From the NCBI GenBank assembly GCA_951406725.2, contig OX597816.1, forward strand, positions 22,444,001 to 22,508,000: a stretch of DNA of 64,000 nt. The letters are read 5' to 3'. Shown one piece after another: positions 41,874-54,341 of this stretch; position 1 is the first letter of the stretch; each line of letters opens with the position of its first letter. The DNA comes from Octopus vulgaris. Taxonomy: Eukaryota. The notes beneath the pieces were generated by a model. That model worked only from the letters and a program-made list of their open reading frames with translations, had not been told where the DNA came from and ran no database searches. Both the position numbers and the translations under genes were made by a program.

Positions 41874-42282
41874 ACTCTTACTCTTTTACTCTTTTACTTG
41901 TTTCAGTCATTTGACTGCGGCCATGCTGGAGCACCGCCTTTAGTCGAGCAAATCGACCCATGTACTTTCTCTTTGTTAAGCCCAGTACTTATTCTATCGG
42001 TCTCTTTTGCCGAACCGCTAAGTGACGGGGAAGTAAACACACCAGCATCGGTTGTTAAGCAATGCTAGGGGGACAAACACAGACACACAAACACACACAT
42101 ATACACATATATATATACATATATACGACAGGCTTCTTTCAGTTTCCGTCTACCAAATCCACTCACAAGGCATTGGTCGGCCCGGGGCTATAGCAGAAGA
42201 CACTTGCCCAAGATGCCACGCAGTGGGACTGAACCCGGAACCATGTGATTGGTTAGCAAGCTACTTGCCACACAGCCACTCC
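41874..42282 (-). mobile_element. SINE family A, full length and well conserved
   Basis: Reverse complement is closely similar to 24952-25365. Confidence 0.9.
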
Positions 42283-43113
42283 AAATATATATATTTTCCT
42301 AATATAATGGTCTAGATTTTCATGAGATTTATCTAATATAACCTATTAACAGTTAAATTAGACATACGTGTATTTTTCTATTCTTGAAGAAGAGTTTATG
42401 ACTTAATGATTTATTTGTCTGAGTACATATTAGTGCATGTGTTCGAATCCGTAGCGAGGTAGTGTGCCGTGTCTTTTAGTGTGGGGGTTTACTTCAAATT
42501 TCTCAAGCTCAGCCAGATTCAAATCAATTTTATCTGATGCGGAGAGGTGTTTCACAGACTTTAACACCAAGATACCACCAGCCTTTATGCATTTGACTCT
42601 CTGGAAAATGATATAGTTTTGCTTAAAGCAAGGGACAAAGTCAGTCCTGTTTATCATCCAATCTTTTTTTGTGATCCTGCAAGAAGATAAAATATATGTT
42701 CCCTATATTTTATCTTCTGCAGCCAAAGGAGACTATTGAAGTTCAATGCATCATTGAACTTCTCTTGCAACGACGTAGAGGGAAAGCATCTTGGCAGGTT
42801 CGAAAATCTGTAGCTCCATAGTTGCGACAGCGGAGTGTTTAGCGTTGGGGAGGTTTAAATGCATTTCGTACAGAATTTAGAGTTGATATATATTACACGA
42901 TAGGTAGGTAGACGAGATATATACCCTGGTTTTTTCGTGAAACATCATGTTTCTGAGTCCCTGGTTGTAATTTCATAGTTTTGTGCCAATCGTTGTTGCG
43001 GTAGTAAGTATATTTGCATATTTTTGTATGAGTAATTACAGCATTGTTTCATGACTTACATTATTTACATTATTTACATTTGACGGATATTTGCCCTCAT
43101 CTTCTTTGTTGTT

Positions 43114-43159
43114 AACACAAAGTTTCGGCTGATATACCTTCCAGCCTTCATCAGATGTC
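43114..43159 (-). ncRNA. Hammerhead motif (left arm copy, stem III mutated)
   Basis: Minus strand: GACAU-CUGAUGA-A-GGCUG-loop-CAGCC-GAA-ACUU-U-GUGUU. Confidence 0.55.
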
Positions 43160-43180
43160 TTGGGAAAATTTCGAACCACG

Positions 43181-43250
43181 GGCATATGGCGTAATGGTTC
43201 AGAGCGCGGGCTACTAACCCCAAGATTCTGAGTATGATTCCAGTCAGTGA

Positions 43251-43252
<2 letters not shown>
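43181..43252 (+). other. tRNA-derived sequence (pseudo-tRNA / Pol III head); inverted copy at 43420-43492
   Basis: Box A TGGCGTAATGG and anticodon-arm-like GGG-CTACTAA-CCC. Box B is intact in the inverted copy (GAGTTCGATTCC). The acceptor stem is poor, so this is not a functional tRNA. Confidence 0.7.
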
Positions 43253-43313
<61 letters not shown>

Positions 43314-43513
43314 CAACAGCAACAACAGCAACAACAACAATAATAATAATAATAATAATAACCTGGGTTCTCATTCTTAAGGTATTTTTCGATGTTATTA
43401 TTATTATTATTATTATTCAGATCACTGCCTGGAATCGAACTCGGAATCTTGGCGTTAGTAGCCCGCACTTTTAACCACTACGCCATAAGCCCGTGGTTCG
43501 AAATTTCTCCCAA

Positions 43514-43559
43514 GAGACCTGATGAAGGCTGGAGAGTATATCAGCCGAAACGTTGTGTT
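43514..43559 (+). ncRNA. Minimal type-I hammerhead motif with intact core
   Basis: GAGAC-CUGAUGA-A-GGCUG-gagaguauau-CAGCC-GAA-ACGU-U-GUGUU. 5 bp stem II and palindromic stem III. Confidence 0.7.
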
Positions 43560-44215
43560 AACAACAAACAAGATGAGGACAAATTGATATCCGTCAAATG
43601 TAAATAATGTAAATAATGTAAATAATGTACATAATTTCTCTCCTCTTAGATATAGAAAAACATTGTTTCAGTTGTTTCAAGAGATTATAATCTTCCAAAT
43701 ATTTTTTGTTTTGAAGAGGGTCAACAAATGATTGTAGTGGATTAATGTTTCTGATTATGACATGAACGGACGACTAGTTTTAGCCACGCTTTATGTGTCG
43801 ACGTCATGGGAAATAGATCAGTAAAAAGGAATATGATGTTTGTACTTAGTTTGGCGAGTAAACCTTTGTTTTGCTATGGAGCGTAGGCTATCGTCCACTT
43901 TTCTCTAGTATTCTCCACTTTGAATAATCAATTATGCTTTTGCAACTTTGATGGTAAGTATATATTTTGTCCTCGGGTAGCCCATTTTACTTCAGGGAAG
44001 AAGTGGTCCATAATAGTTTTGCTTTTATCTTTTGACCTGTCCAGCAACGGAGATTCTATCCTTTGACTTGCCCAGCTTGATCTCCGTTGGCATAGCTCTC
44101 AGAGTCATTGAAACACACAAAACACCATAACACAACAAGTACTGGACCTAGAAATGGACTGTGCAATATTTGTGTGTTATTCGTGTATTTAGAGCTTGAA
44201 CTAGAAAAATGAATA

Positions 44216-44704
44216 CCGTAAATCCTCGAGTATAGTCCGCCCTTGAGTATAATACGCAGGGGATTTTTTTAGGGGGCTGTACCTCTGAAAACCTAAACCT
44301 TGTGTATAAAATGCACCCCTTCTCTAACTTGAGTTATATAACGTCCTTGGTTTGTAAAAATGAATACGGTATATATAACATAATGCAAGCGTGTAGCTTT
44401 TTTGTGCATTTTGTTTACAGAAAATAAAGAAATAATAGTAATAACAGTAATAACGTTTAATAAATGTTGCTTACTGCATATTATGGAAGATTCTTTTATG
44501 ATTTCATTGCTTTCTGGCTTAGTTTAAGATATTTTCGAGCCCGATATCACAAAATGCGTTTGAATAAAAATTGCCGGACAGCAAATAGAGACTCTCACAT
44601 TGCTTAGAAAATATTTTCATTTTAAACCTCGTATATAGTACGCACTAGGGATTTTGCCCTTTAAATTTTGGGAAAAAATGCGGATTATACTCGAAGATTT
44701 ACGG
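44216..44704. mobile_element. Non-autonomous Tc1/mariner-superfamily (pogo/Tc2-like) MITE
   Basis: TIRs CCGTAAATCCTCGAGTATAGTCCGC and GCGGATTATACTCGAAGATTTACGG, TA duplicated at both ends, subterminal GTATAATACGCA-like repeats. Confidence 0.88.
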
Positions 44705-45111
44705 TAGTAATTTTTGTTGATACTTTTCGCGAAATTTAAATTAGTATGCGCGCAAAAAATATTGCTTTCCATGACGCCGTGTATTTAGGAGTAGGTCTTG
44801 CAGCTCATATATCGATTAAGAGGGTTCAAAGATTGGTTGGCATTATTCAAAAATTAACATACTTAGGAATTTTCAATAACTTTTAAGCGTGAATATATAT
44901 GTCGGGCTTATTTATAAAGATTACACATAAATATACCAAACAATATATATTATGACTTTCGTGGATCTAATTTTGTTTCGGAAGACTCTACTTATACTTA
45001 CATAGCTCGAGAGAAATTAAATATACGAACTGCTTCCGAAGTCATTATCACACTCTATACATTAGTTTGAAGTAATAAGCATACTTTTGTGACACTTTGT
45101 ACTTTGCATGA

Positions 45112-45190
45112 ACTATAGCCCTGGGCCTACTAGCGCTTCATGGGTGAGATTGTGAAATTGAAAGACGGAAACGGAGGCAGCCAGTCGCAC

Positions 45191-45279
<89 letters not shown>

Positions 45280-45374
45280 TAGATACATAGATACATAGAT
45301 ATAGATATAGATAGATAGGTGGATATATATATATATATATATAAAGATATATAGTTATACATATACACACATAA

Positions 45375-45424
<50 letters not shown>

Positions 45425-45720
45425 CGCTTGTGTGTGCGTATGTGTGTGTGAGTGTGTGTACATGTATGTGTTTGTGTGTTTGTGTATGTCTGTGTGTATT
45501 TGAGTTTGTGGTGTTTTTGACCCCACTACTGCCGCTTGATTAGTGATGTCGGTTTGTTAAGGTCCAGATGACGTACCTTTTGTGCAAAAACTTTCGATAG
45601 AATAAGTAGCACACTTTAATAAAATTAATGGTCGTGTCAAGTTTTTAAAATTGACTCTTCAAGGCAATACCCGAGCATGGCCGCTGTCCAATGAATGAAA
45701 CAGGTAACAGATAAAATGTA
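45112..45720 (+). mobile_element. SINE family A, old degenerate copy with expanded internal microsatellite
   Basis: CTATAGCCCTGGGCC..AGACGGAAAC, microsatellite block, then CGATAGAATAAGTA..AGCATGGCCGC..TGAAACA. Confidence 0.6.
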
Positions 45721-45727
45721 AAGTTAT

Positions 45728-46045
45728 AGGCGTAGGTGTGGCTGTGTGGAAAGTAGCTTGCTTTCGGGAGTTATCGGTCGGCGGGCGCCGGAGCCCCTCC
45801 CATTTTTATTCATTTTTATCTTTATCATCCTCATCACATTAATGTCCTTGTCCAACCCGCATCTACTCTGTGTTCTGCCCTCGTGGCAAACTATGTGAAT
45901 AAAAGTAGCTTATTTACCAACCACATGGTTCCGGGTTCAGTCCCACTGCGTGGCACCTTGAGCAAGTGTCTTCTACTAAAGCCTCGGGTCGACCAAAGCC
46001 TTGTGAGTGGATTTGGTAGAGGGAAACTCAAAGAAGCCCGTCGTA

Positions 46046-46110
<65 letters not shown>

Positions 46111-46395
46111 TGTATATGTATGTATGTATGTTTGTATATATATATATGTATATGTTTGTATGTGTGAGTATGTGTTTGTGTGTCTGTATTTTTCCCCTCA
46201 GCATTGCTTGACACCCGATGCAGGTGTATTTACGTCCCCGTAATTTAGCAGTTCAGCAAAAGAGACCGAGAGAATAAGTACTAGGTTTACAAAGAATAAG
46301 TCCTGAGGTCGATTTGCTCCATCGACTTAAGACGGTGCTCCAGCACGGCCGCAGTCAAATGACTGAAACAAGTACCCGAGTTAAAGAGTAAAAGA
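45728..46395 (+). mobile_element. SINE family A with an insertion of about 140 bp in its head
   Basis: Head at 45728-45763, foreign sequence, then the SINE resumes at 45902 with duplicated AAAGTAGCTT. Confidence 0.85.
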
Positions 46396-46854
46396 CTATA
46401 CTAAACTTTTACTAACCATTCTTTATAAATACCGCATAGAACGACGTTATTATTTGGCAATCTTTGTCTGGATGTGTGAATCCTATTTCAGAAAATATGT
46501 TACTGTGGCTTTTCGTTTTGCAGATTGATTTTCATGACGCATATTTTCCATTGTAGAACTATGGATAATTTGCACTTTTTCAACTCATACGTTTTCAGTT
46601 TTTGCTGCATTTTTTTTTTGTTTTTTTCATTTCGTTCTGAGTTGATTAGAATTGTAAATTATATTCAGTGCTTCTTTGAAGAAAAAAATATATGAAGTTT
46701 CAATTTATTTTACCTCTAAAGCGTTTTAATATAATGCCTTTTTTTCCAGTAAAATTGTATTTTGACACGATTCCACAGTGCACTAATTATTCCGATATCC
46801 ACGACGATCGATAACAACAGTAACAAAAGCAACAACAACAACTATAATAATAGA

Positions 46855-46943
<89 letters not shown>

Positions 46944-46985
46944 TAATAGTCGTATGAAGAAGCAGATAATGATGATGATGACAGT

Positions 46986-47024
<39 letters not shown>

Positions 47025-47718
47025 TGATTTATATATTCATAGTTATATACATACATGCATACATGCGTATGAGTGAAAATAGTCGAAACTTTAAAAAATA
47101 TATAATCCTTTGTTTTCAAGCCAAAACCAATATACTTTAAAGTAATCTTATATTTCTCTTATTGTCATACATATCTAATAAAATATAAATATTTAGGTAG
47201 TATAAATACATTTTTTTTTTAAGAAAAAATGCGTCCTCTTTTAACTTTTCCATATTTTAATATCTTTTCACTGACTGAAATGGGGAATAATTACTTGTGA
47301 ATCCATTTTGAATGTATACAGCAGTACAATGCACTATTTCGAGCTGGAACTGGTGGATTTAATTCCAAAATTTGAAAGCTTTTTTTCTTTGAAAATTGAG
47401 CTTTTTAGAATTCAATAAAGATATATATTATCGGACATAGCCTTTTTCATTCGCAAAATATGCATTTTTAGAAAAGGCAGTAAAAAAATTTGAAAATCGG
47501 CTAAAATAATATAGTTTTCCAGTCTATTTGCTATGGAGGTATAATGTTGTGGGGAAAATAAAAATTTGGGAAAAAGTTATAGAGTTTTAAAAATCGAAAA
47601 AAACTGTGTCTATTTAGCCAATTGTGAGGCAGACATTTTCTAGGTTTAGATGAGTGGTGTCAACTTTAAGGTTGTAACCTGTAAAATTTATAGTTTAGCG
47701 TCTGTGTAATGACCTCTC

Positions 47719-47921
47719 CATTGTAGGCTTCAAAACGAACAGAAACACCTAATAAAATCAACATGTGTCATCTTACTGTTTCTTTTGTCTCTTCATTGAT
47801 TGCATGCTTTTCTTTCTTTTTAATTTGTTGTATTAATATATTTGTCTTCATGTGTTTACTTTATGTGTATTTCAGTATTATGCATACCTGTCATGTATTT
47901 GTATACATCATAAATAAATAA

Positions 47922-47961
<40 letters not shown>

Positions 47962-48376
47962 TGCCTCTAAAACTCCGAAGTTGAGTAACGTTTTCATGCT
48001 TGGATTTGTAAACTACGATAAGAATAACCCTGGTCAACAAAGAACTTTTCCCAAGAAAAATAGAATTCCTATGCCTTATATGTTTTTGCATGCAGAAAGA
48101 GAAATTATGTCAAATTATCTCATCTTCATAATGCCAAGAAACTGTATAAACGTTGGGAACAACTTTTGCTATTACTCATTTTACTTGTTTCAGCCATTTG
48201 ACTGTGGCCATGCTGGAGCACCGCCTTTAGTCGAGCAAATCGAGCCCAGGACTTATTCTTTGTAAGCCTAGTACTTATTCTATCGGTCTCTTTTGTCGCC
48301 GAACCACTAAGTTACGGGGACGTAAACACACCAGCATCGGTTGTCAAGCGATGTTAGGGGGACAAACACAGACACA

Positions 48377-48455
<79 letters not shown>

Positions 48456-48809
48456 ACCGAAATTGCGAGGATGATCTAGTTCTTGACTGAAGATTGAAAG
48501 CTTCGAATGTCCCATCCGTGTTTTTTGTATCGTCTCCTAAATGTTTTGCATTCTTGTCCCAGTTTGTATTTTTTTACATATACATATATATATATATATG
48601 TGACCACGTGAGTACCACTGGCGATTTTTTTTTCCTCTGTCTTCCCTTCTCGGGATGTTTCCTTCTCCTATGTTTCCGACGAAGAGCTCCGCTCAAAACG
48701 TTAAACCCTCCTTCTTCCCTTCTTTCCTGAGCGTCCAATAATACTTTATTTGTTCCACGTCCTCACGTTGCTGTGTTTTTGTGTTTTTTGTGTTTTCTTG
48801 TTTGGATTA

Positions 48810-48860
<51 letters not shown>

Positions 48861-49368
48861 GCTCGATTTGCTCGACTAAAGGCGGTGCTCCAGCATGGCC
48901 ACAGTCAAATGGCTGAAACAAGTAAAATGAGTAATAGCAAAAGTTGTTCGCAACGTTTATACAGTTTCTTGGCATTATGAAGGTGAGATAATTTGACATA
49001 ATTTCTGTTTCTGCATGCAAAAACATATAAGGTACAGGAATTCTTTTTCTTGGGAAAAGTTCTTTGTTGACCAGTGTTATTCTTATCGTAGTTTACAAAT
49101 CCAAGCATGAAAACGTTACTCAGCTTTGGAGTTTGGGAGGCAGACACACACACACACACACTGCACTTATTTATTTATGATGTATACAAATACACGACAG
49201 GTATACGTAATACTGAAATACGCATAAACAAAAACATGAAGACAAATATATTAATAAAAAATAAAAAACAATAAGAAAAGCATACAATCAATGAAGATAC
49301 AAGCGAAAGAGTAAGATGATACATGTTGATTTTATTAGGTATTTCTGTTCGTTTAGAAGCCTACAATG
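47719..49368. repeat. Local inverted duplication with arms of about 520 bp (47719-48248 and 48858-49368)
   Basis: Reverse-complement match over unique sequence, a (TG)n tract and a SINE A tail. Also visible as near-identical ORFs on opposite strands (47927+ versus 48763-/48905-). Confidence 0.92.
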
Positions 49369-49490
49369 AAATTAGGTATATCTTTCTTTCTGTTTCAGTC
49401 TACCAAATCCACTCACAAGGCTTTGGTCGGCCCGAGGCTATGGTTGAAGACACTTGCCCAAGGTGCCACGCAGTGGGACTGAACCCAGAA
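48170..49490 (-). mobile_element. SINE family A split by a pLTR-like insertion and the duplicated flank
   Basis: 3' half at 48170-48380; 5' part resumes at 49380-49490. Confidence 0.7.
48455..48813 (+). mobile_element. Penelope pLTR-like repeat with a mutated hammerhead motif (48672-48706)
   Basis: Homologous to the reverse complement of 38845-39030. Motif GUUU-CCGACGA-A-GAGC-ucc-GCUC-AAA-ACGU-U-AAAC (G12 changed to A). Confidence 0.6.
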
Positions 49491-50574
49491 CGAGCGGGTG
49501 AAGTAAATATCGTGGTGTGAAGAATCAATATAACATGAGGGTGAAACACAACACAACGTGCGGTTGTCATCGCTGTCTCTTGATTGGCTAAAATTACCCA
49601 AATTCCACAACTTTAATTAAAAATAACATCAGATTCCTTAATTTACGAGATAAAGAAAGTAATTAGTTGATCGTAATCAAAATTTAGAGTTGCATCGATA
49701 CACCAAAATTGAAAGCAAGCTGAGCAAAATTAAATTGGAGTTCATTTTGCGAATGCAAAAGACAAGATCCTTTTAAACTATCACATAATTTTGCAAAACG
49801 CAAACACCCTTCACATTTAAAATTAATTTTCTCCATCATATAGAGAAAAAAATAAAAGAGAGTCCCCCTAAATTATTGACTAGCAAAACGAACGAAAGTA
49901 AAGACAGCAACTACTATCACCTTCAGCAAAATAGCCCAAAAGAAGCGTCACTGGACAGAGAGTGAAATTGCTATTCTACTCAACAGCTGGCTTGACCTTT
50001 CACAAAAAACCAACACACAAGCGTCATGCCTCAGTAACTCTGCTTAACAGCAAAACAAGTGGAATCTAAATTAAAGCATATTTCGAAATCCTGCTACCTC
50101 GTTAAGGAGAATCTTACAATGCTCCATTTAATAATCGCCGAATCTACTAAACGAAAACAACCTACCGCTACTGACCTGTTAACTGTCCAAATTACTAATG
50201 CCCATATACCAAAATCTTCTCACTCCATGATTACCATGACAACCAATACCTCATACCTATCACCGGCAACATCACTACCATCACAATTATCATCACCACC
50301 AACACCACTGCCATCACCATCATCATCCTCACAAGCAACATCGCTGCCATCGCCATCGTCTCACCAGCAGCACCCCTACCATTATTATCGCTGCCAGCGT
50401 CGTCGCAGTCACCATCGTCATCATCAGCTACTACTACTGTTTCCTCCACCACAACCCTTACCAGTCCTTCATCGTTACAACCCAGCAATAGGATGACTAA
50501 CATCTCAGCCCAACCAAGTTTACCAGGAACAACCCTTTTCACCTCTAAATCTTCCGTAAACAAACAGTTGTCAC

Positions 50575-50917
50575 ATATCGCAGCCTCACAGCAAAGATCA
50601 TATCACAGAAGATCGAAGAGCTTAGTTTGGAAAAATTCCTCATCCACCTTATTCTCTCGACCTTGTTCCTTCTGACTACCGTTTGTTTCGTAGTTTACAG
50701 AATCATTTGGAGGAACAACTTTCGAAAACCAGGAGGATGTCGAAACCAACATTTCAGAGTTCTTCGCATTGAAACCAAAAGCTTGTAAATAGATGGAAGG
50801 AAGTCATAGATAATCAAGGAAAGTACATTGGTGATTAAATTTCAATTAAATATAACATTTGATCACTTGTTTTCTTTATTCAAAATTCGGACAGAACTTA
50901 TGGGATGACCAGAAATA
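50575..50917 (+). mobile_element. Mariner (DD34D-type) 3' remnant with right TIR
   Basis: Translates IPHPPYSLDLVPSDYRLFRSLQNHL (cf. HPPYSPDLAPSDYHLF) and LVNRWKEVIDNQGKYIGD*. Ends with a TIR-like CGGACAGAACTTATGGGATGACC. Confidence 0.85.
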
Positions 50918-50922
50918 TAATG

Positions 50923-51073
50923 TAGGTGGCTTATTAACAATTTAAAACCTAAAGGCTAATGAGTTGTGTATTGTCTATTATTTCTAGCAATGTTGGTACT
51001 ACTGTGTTCTCTTGTCACTTTAGTGGCGTTTATAGATTTGCCTTTAGGATTTAAATTGCTAATAAGCCACCTA
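50923..51073. mobile_element. Small MITE-like hairpin with about 37 bp TIRs
   Basis: TAGGTGGCTTATTAACAATTTAAAACCTAAAGGC versus GCCTTTAGGATTTAAATTGCTAATAAGCCACCTA, with TA at both ends. Confidence 0.7.
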
Positions 51074-51689
51074 AATTGTTTATAGTATACAAGTCTACCG
51101 TCTTGACACAGTACATGCTTTCACGGTCTTTCTTATAACTTGGCGAGACGAGCTGAGCTTAACCCTAGACGCAGTAAGTTCCCCTGACGCGAATTTAGAT
51201 GCTATGCATCAGAATTCGTTATCACGTGACATGGGTACATCTGTTACTTCAGTAGGGAGCTTTGTCGCACTAAACTAGGGACCTCTGTGTCCCTCGTCAT
51301 CTTGCTACGATAGTGCTTTGTGTGCCTAACGAGTTGTTTTGACTCTTATTTCTTGCAGTGCTGGTACTACGTCGTACCCTTGTCACTTGTGACGTTTAAA
51401 CATGTGTGTGTGTGTGTAAACACATGAACTTTAGGTTAGTTATAACATTCTTGTGGCATATTTCAACAGCTAAAAGACAAAATTTCACTGCAGTTACCGT
51501 GTAGAAAAATTGTCTCTTATCTTATGGTCAAATATTCTAAAAACACCATATCTGTCCACCATAACCTTCCGGATTTCTAGACATCGATACTTCTAGATCC
51601 CTATCCGTTATCAATGGGAAATACTTAAAAGAGGCAACTCTGGACAGATTTTATCGATATCATTGATTAATTTACGCCAGTAGACCGCT

Positions 51690-51900
51690 GAGGTCACGGA
51701 AATTATGCTAATATCAGCGCCAAGAAGAGTTTAGGTATAAGCGAACTTTAGGTTTGTTAAAAGAGAATTTTCCTACCCGGGAACTGCTGTGAATTTGATT
51801 TTTAACAGTTGAAATATGTCACACACATATTTTACCTAACCTAAATTTCGCTTAGGCCTAAACACTGAATGGTGCTGATATTATGGTAATTTTCACGGCT
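51690..51900. repeat. Degenerate inverted repeat (old MITE-like)
   Basis: AATATCAGCGCCA..GTTTAGGTATAAGCGAACTTTAGGTT versus AACCTAAATTTCGCTTAGGCCTAAAC..TGGTGCTGATATT. Confidence 0.5.
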
Positions 51901-52089
51901 TCTGCGAACAAATACGAGTCTACAGTTTTGTAATATAGTCGAAGAAACCGTTATATCAATATACCACCTATTATGTAGTATATCTCTAAAATAGGCGTAG
52001 ATAAGGTGTCGTAATTAAAATATTCTCACTGAAATCTCCGGGGTTCGATTTGATTGTATAGTCAATGATAAAATCAGATTCATAGAACA

Positions 52090-52378
52090 TTTGGCTAACG
52101 ATTGTAAGGTCGTGAGTTCGATTCCCGCCGATGCGTTGAGTCTTGAGCAAGACACTTTATTTCACGTTGCTCCAGTCCACTCAGCTGGCAAAAATGAGTT
52201 GTACCTGTATTTCAAAGGGCCGGCCATGTCACACTTTGTGTCGCGCTGAATCGCCCTGAACTACGTTAGGGGTTCGCGCGTCTGTGGATTGCTCTGTCAC
52301 TTGCACGTTAATTTCACGAGCAGGCCGTTTCGTTGATCGTATCAGCTGGGACCTTCGTCGTCGTAACTGACGGAGTGC
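52090..52378 (+). mobile_element. SINE family C variant with a different 3' half
   Basis: GAGTTCGATTCCC box B and core CTTGAGCAAGACACTTTATTTCACGTTGCTCCAGTCCACTCAGCTGGCAAAAATGAGT, then a distinct tail. Confidence 0.8.
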
Positions 52379-53503
52379 TCCTTCTATCTTGAGTTTCGTA
52401 CGTAGTTTGCTACCCACTTTAACATTATCGCCTTTTAACCAGGAACCTTTAACTCAGTCGAATTTCCCCTTTGCCTCCAGGCAAGTTAGGGACGTCAGGG
52501 ACGTAACTCGATATCATTGCGGAACATCTTCCTACAGTTGGATAAGACGATTTGAGATTTCTTCTATTTCCTTTTAATGTATCAATGTGTATGCAAAACG
52601 GTTGGATATTGACCTACACTCTCGACTTCCTAGAAAATATTTTTAAAACGTGACATCAATAACATCATATATTATCCAGATGTGAAATTCAGGAAATGGA
52701 AATCTATCAAAAGGCGGTGATTGAAAATAAATGATCATTCTAATATTAGTCGTCACACGTATGATAGCAATGAAGCGGCGAAATATATAGTGAAACTTCT
52801 ATTTCTTACTAAAAAAAATATCAGCATTAAACACTGCTCATATCTTGCAGAAGCTTATTTTTGATACGGTAAAAGAAGGGAGAATAGAAATGATATCCCC
52901 ATACTCCCCATTATGCAATAAAGCATGCAGGAATAGTAAAAGTTGTGGGAAAAAATATAGAAGACAATGATATTAATGGAAATTTATTGCTTGCCTGGAT
53001 AAGGTACGCCAAAGCAAAACAGTCAGTAAATTGAATTCTCTTGGAAACTAAGAAGTAATGGAGCATAAATTTCAACTGGGACGTGCACACAGAGATTGAT
53101 GAAAAGAAATACAAAAACAAACTGAATATAGTTTGTAAGAAGAGCAAATGTGACATGGTGAGATAATGCAATTTGAGAAGAATGGATAAAATTCACACAC
53201 TGACAGAAGGATTGACTCGAAGGAAGCAGAGCGAGAGAGAAATAGAGAGAGAGTGAGACGGAGAGAGAGAAAGAGAGACACAGAGAGCTGTGTGCCTTGT
53301 GTGTAAGTATTAAGAAAATCCCGATAGGGAATTTGTTTAATAAGCATATATTGAACATTGCTCTGATAATAAACTCTGTGGAAGGTCACACGATATAGGA
53401 TTGGAAAGGGCGAGTGGGAAGTAGATATGTCGACCGATCACTCAAATATATATATGGAAGACACTATGACATGTTCAAAGGTAATATTTACGTAGCGAGA
53501 CGA

Positions 53504-53553
<50 letters not shown>

Positions 53554-53690
53554 CCTATCTACCTATCTATTTGTCTGATAGTCTGTTTATTTATCTATCT
53601 CTATATATATGAATTGAACAATTTGTAGATTGTCAGAGCAACAGTTATCTAATTATTTCTCTCACGAGCTTGTATATGCACACAAACAAG

Positions 53691-53777
<87 letters not shown>

Positions 53778-53855
53778 ATATATAATATATATATATATAT
53801 ACTTGGATACATGCATGCAAACATATATATATATATTCACACTTATATATGATAC

Positions 53856-53917
<62 letters not shown>

Positions 53918-54122
53918 GTGTATAGTCTTGGCCGGGGTTTTAAATTGATGGCTTCTAAAGTCTGCAATATAGTAGCACGATCATCCAGCATTATTCTTAT
54001 CTTGTACTTTTAGTTGGGAATTGACAATCATAAGAATATAATTTTAAAAAAATTGAGTTGTTAATGAATAACTCGGGAAAATTAATCGTTTTAAGTGGGT
54101 TAATTCTTTCCATAACCTAATT

Positions 54123-54341
54123 CCTTATTTCTTTATTGCCCACAAGGGGCTAAACATAGAGGGGACAAACAAGGACAGGCAAACGGATTAAGTCGTTTAC
54201 ACCGACCCCAGTGCGTAACTGGTACTTAATTTATCGACCCCGAAATGATGAAAGGCAAAGTCAACCTCGGCGGAATTTTAACTCAGAAAGTAACGGCAGA
54301 CGAAATTTCGCTTAGCATTTCGCCCGGCCAGTTCGCCGACT
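54123..54341 (-). mobile_element. SINE family D (Deu/Nin-like)
   Basis: Colinear with 35932-36137. Further fragments at 58563-58668 and 63925-64000. Confidence 0.85.

Larger units (their letters stand above)
43052..43660. mobile_element. TSD-flanked fold-back element; each arm = tRNA-like head + hammerhead + (TGTAAATAA)n
   Basis: Arms about 43057-43260 and 43405-43630 are inverted. Direct repeat CATTGTTTCA at 43042-43051 and 43661-43670. Centre is (AAT)n - 33 bp spacer - (TTA)n. Confidence 0.85.

Noticed and set aside
43181-43252. Functional tRNA gene (also the heads at 6167, 33900, 52090 and 56880)
   Set aside because: Acceptor stems do not pair properly and the sequences run into repeat bodies; they are SINE-type tRNA-derived heads.
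50059-50563. Ser/Pro/Thr-rich 145 aa ORF as a host exon
   Set aside because: Largely a degenerate (CAT/CAC)n low-complexity tract abutting a mariner remnant, with no convincing splice signals.
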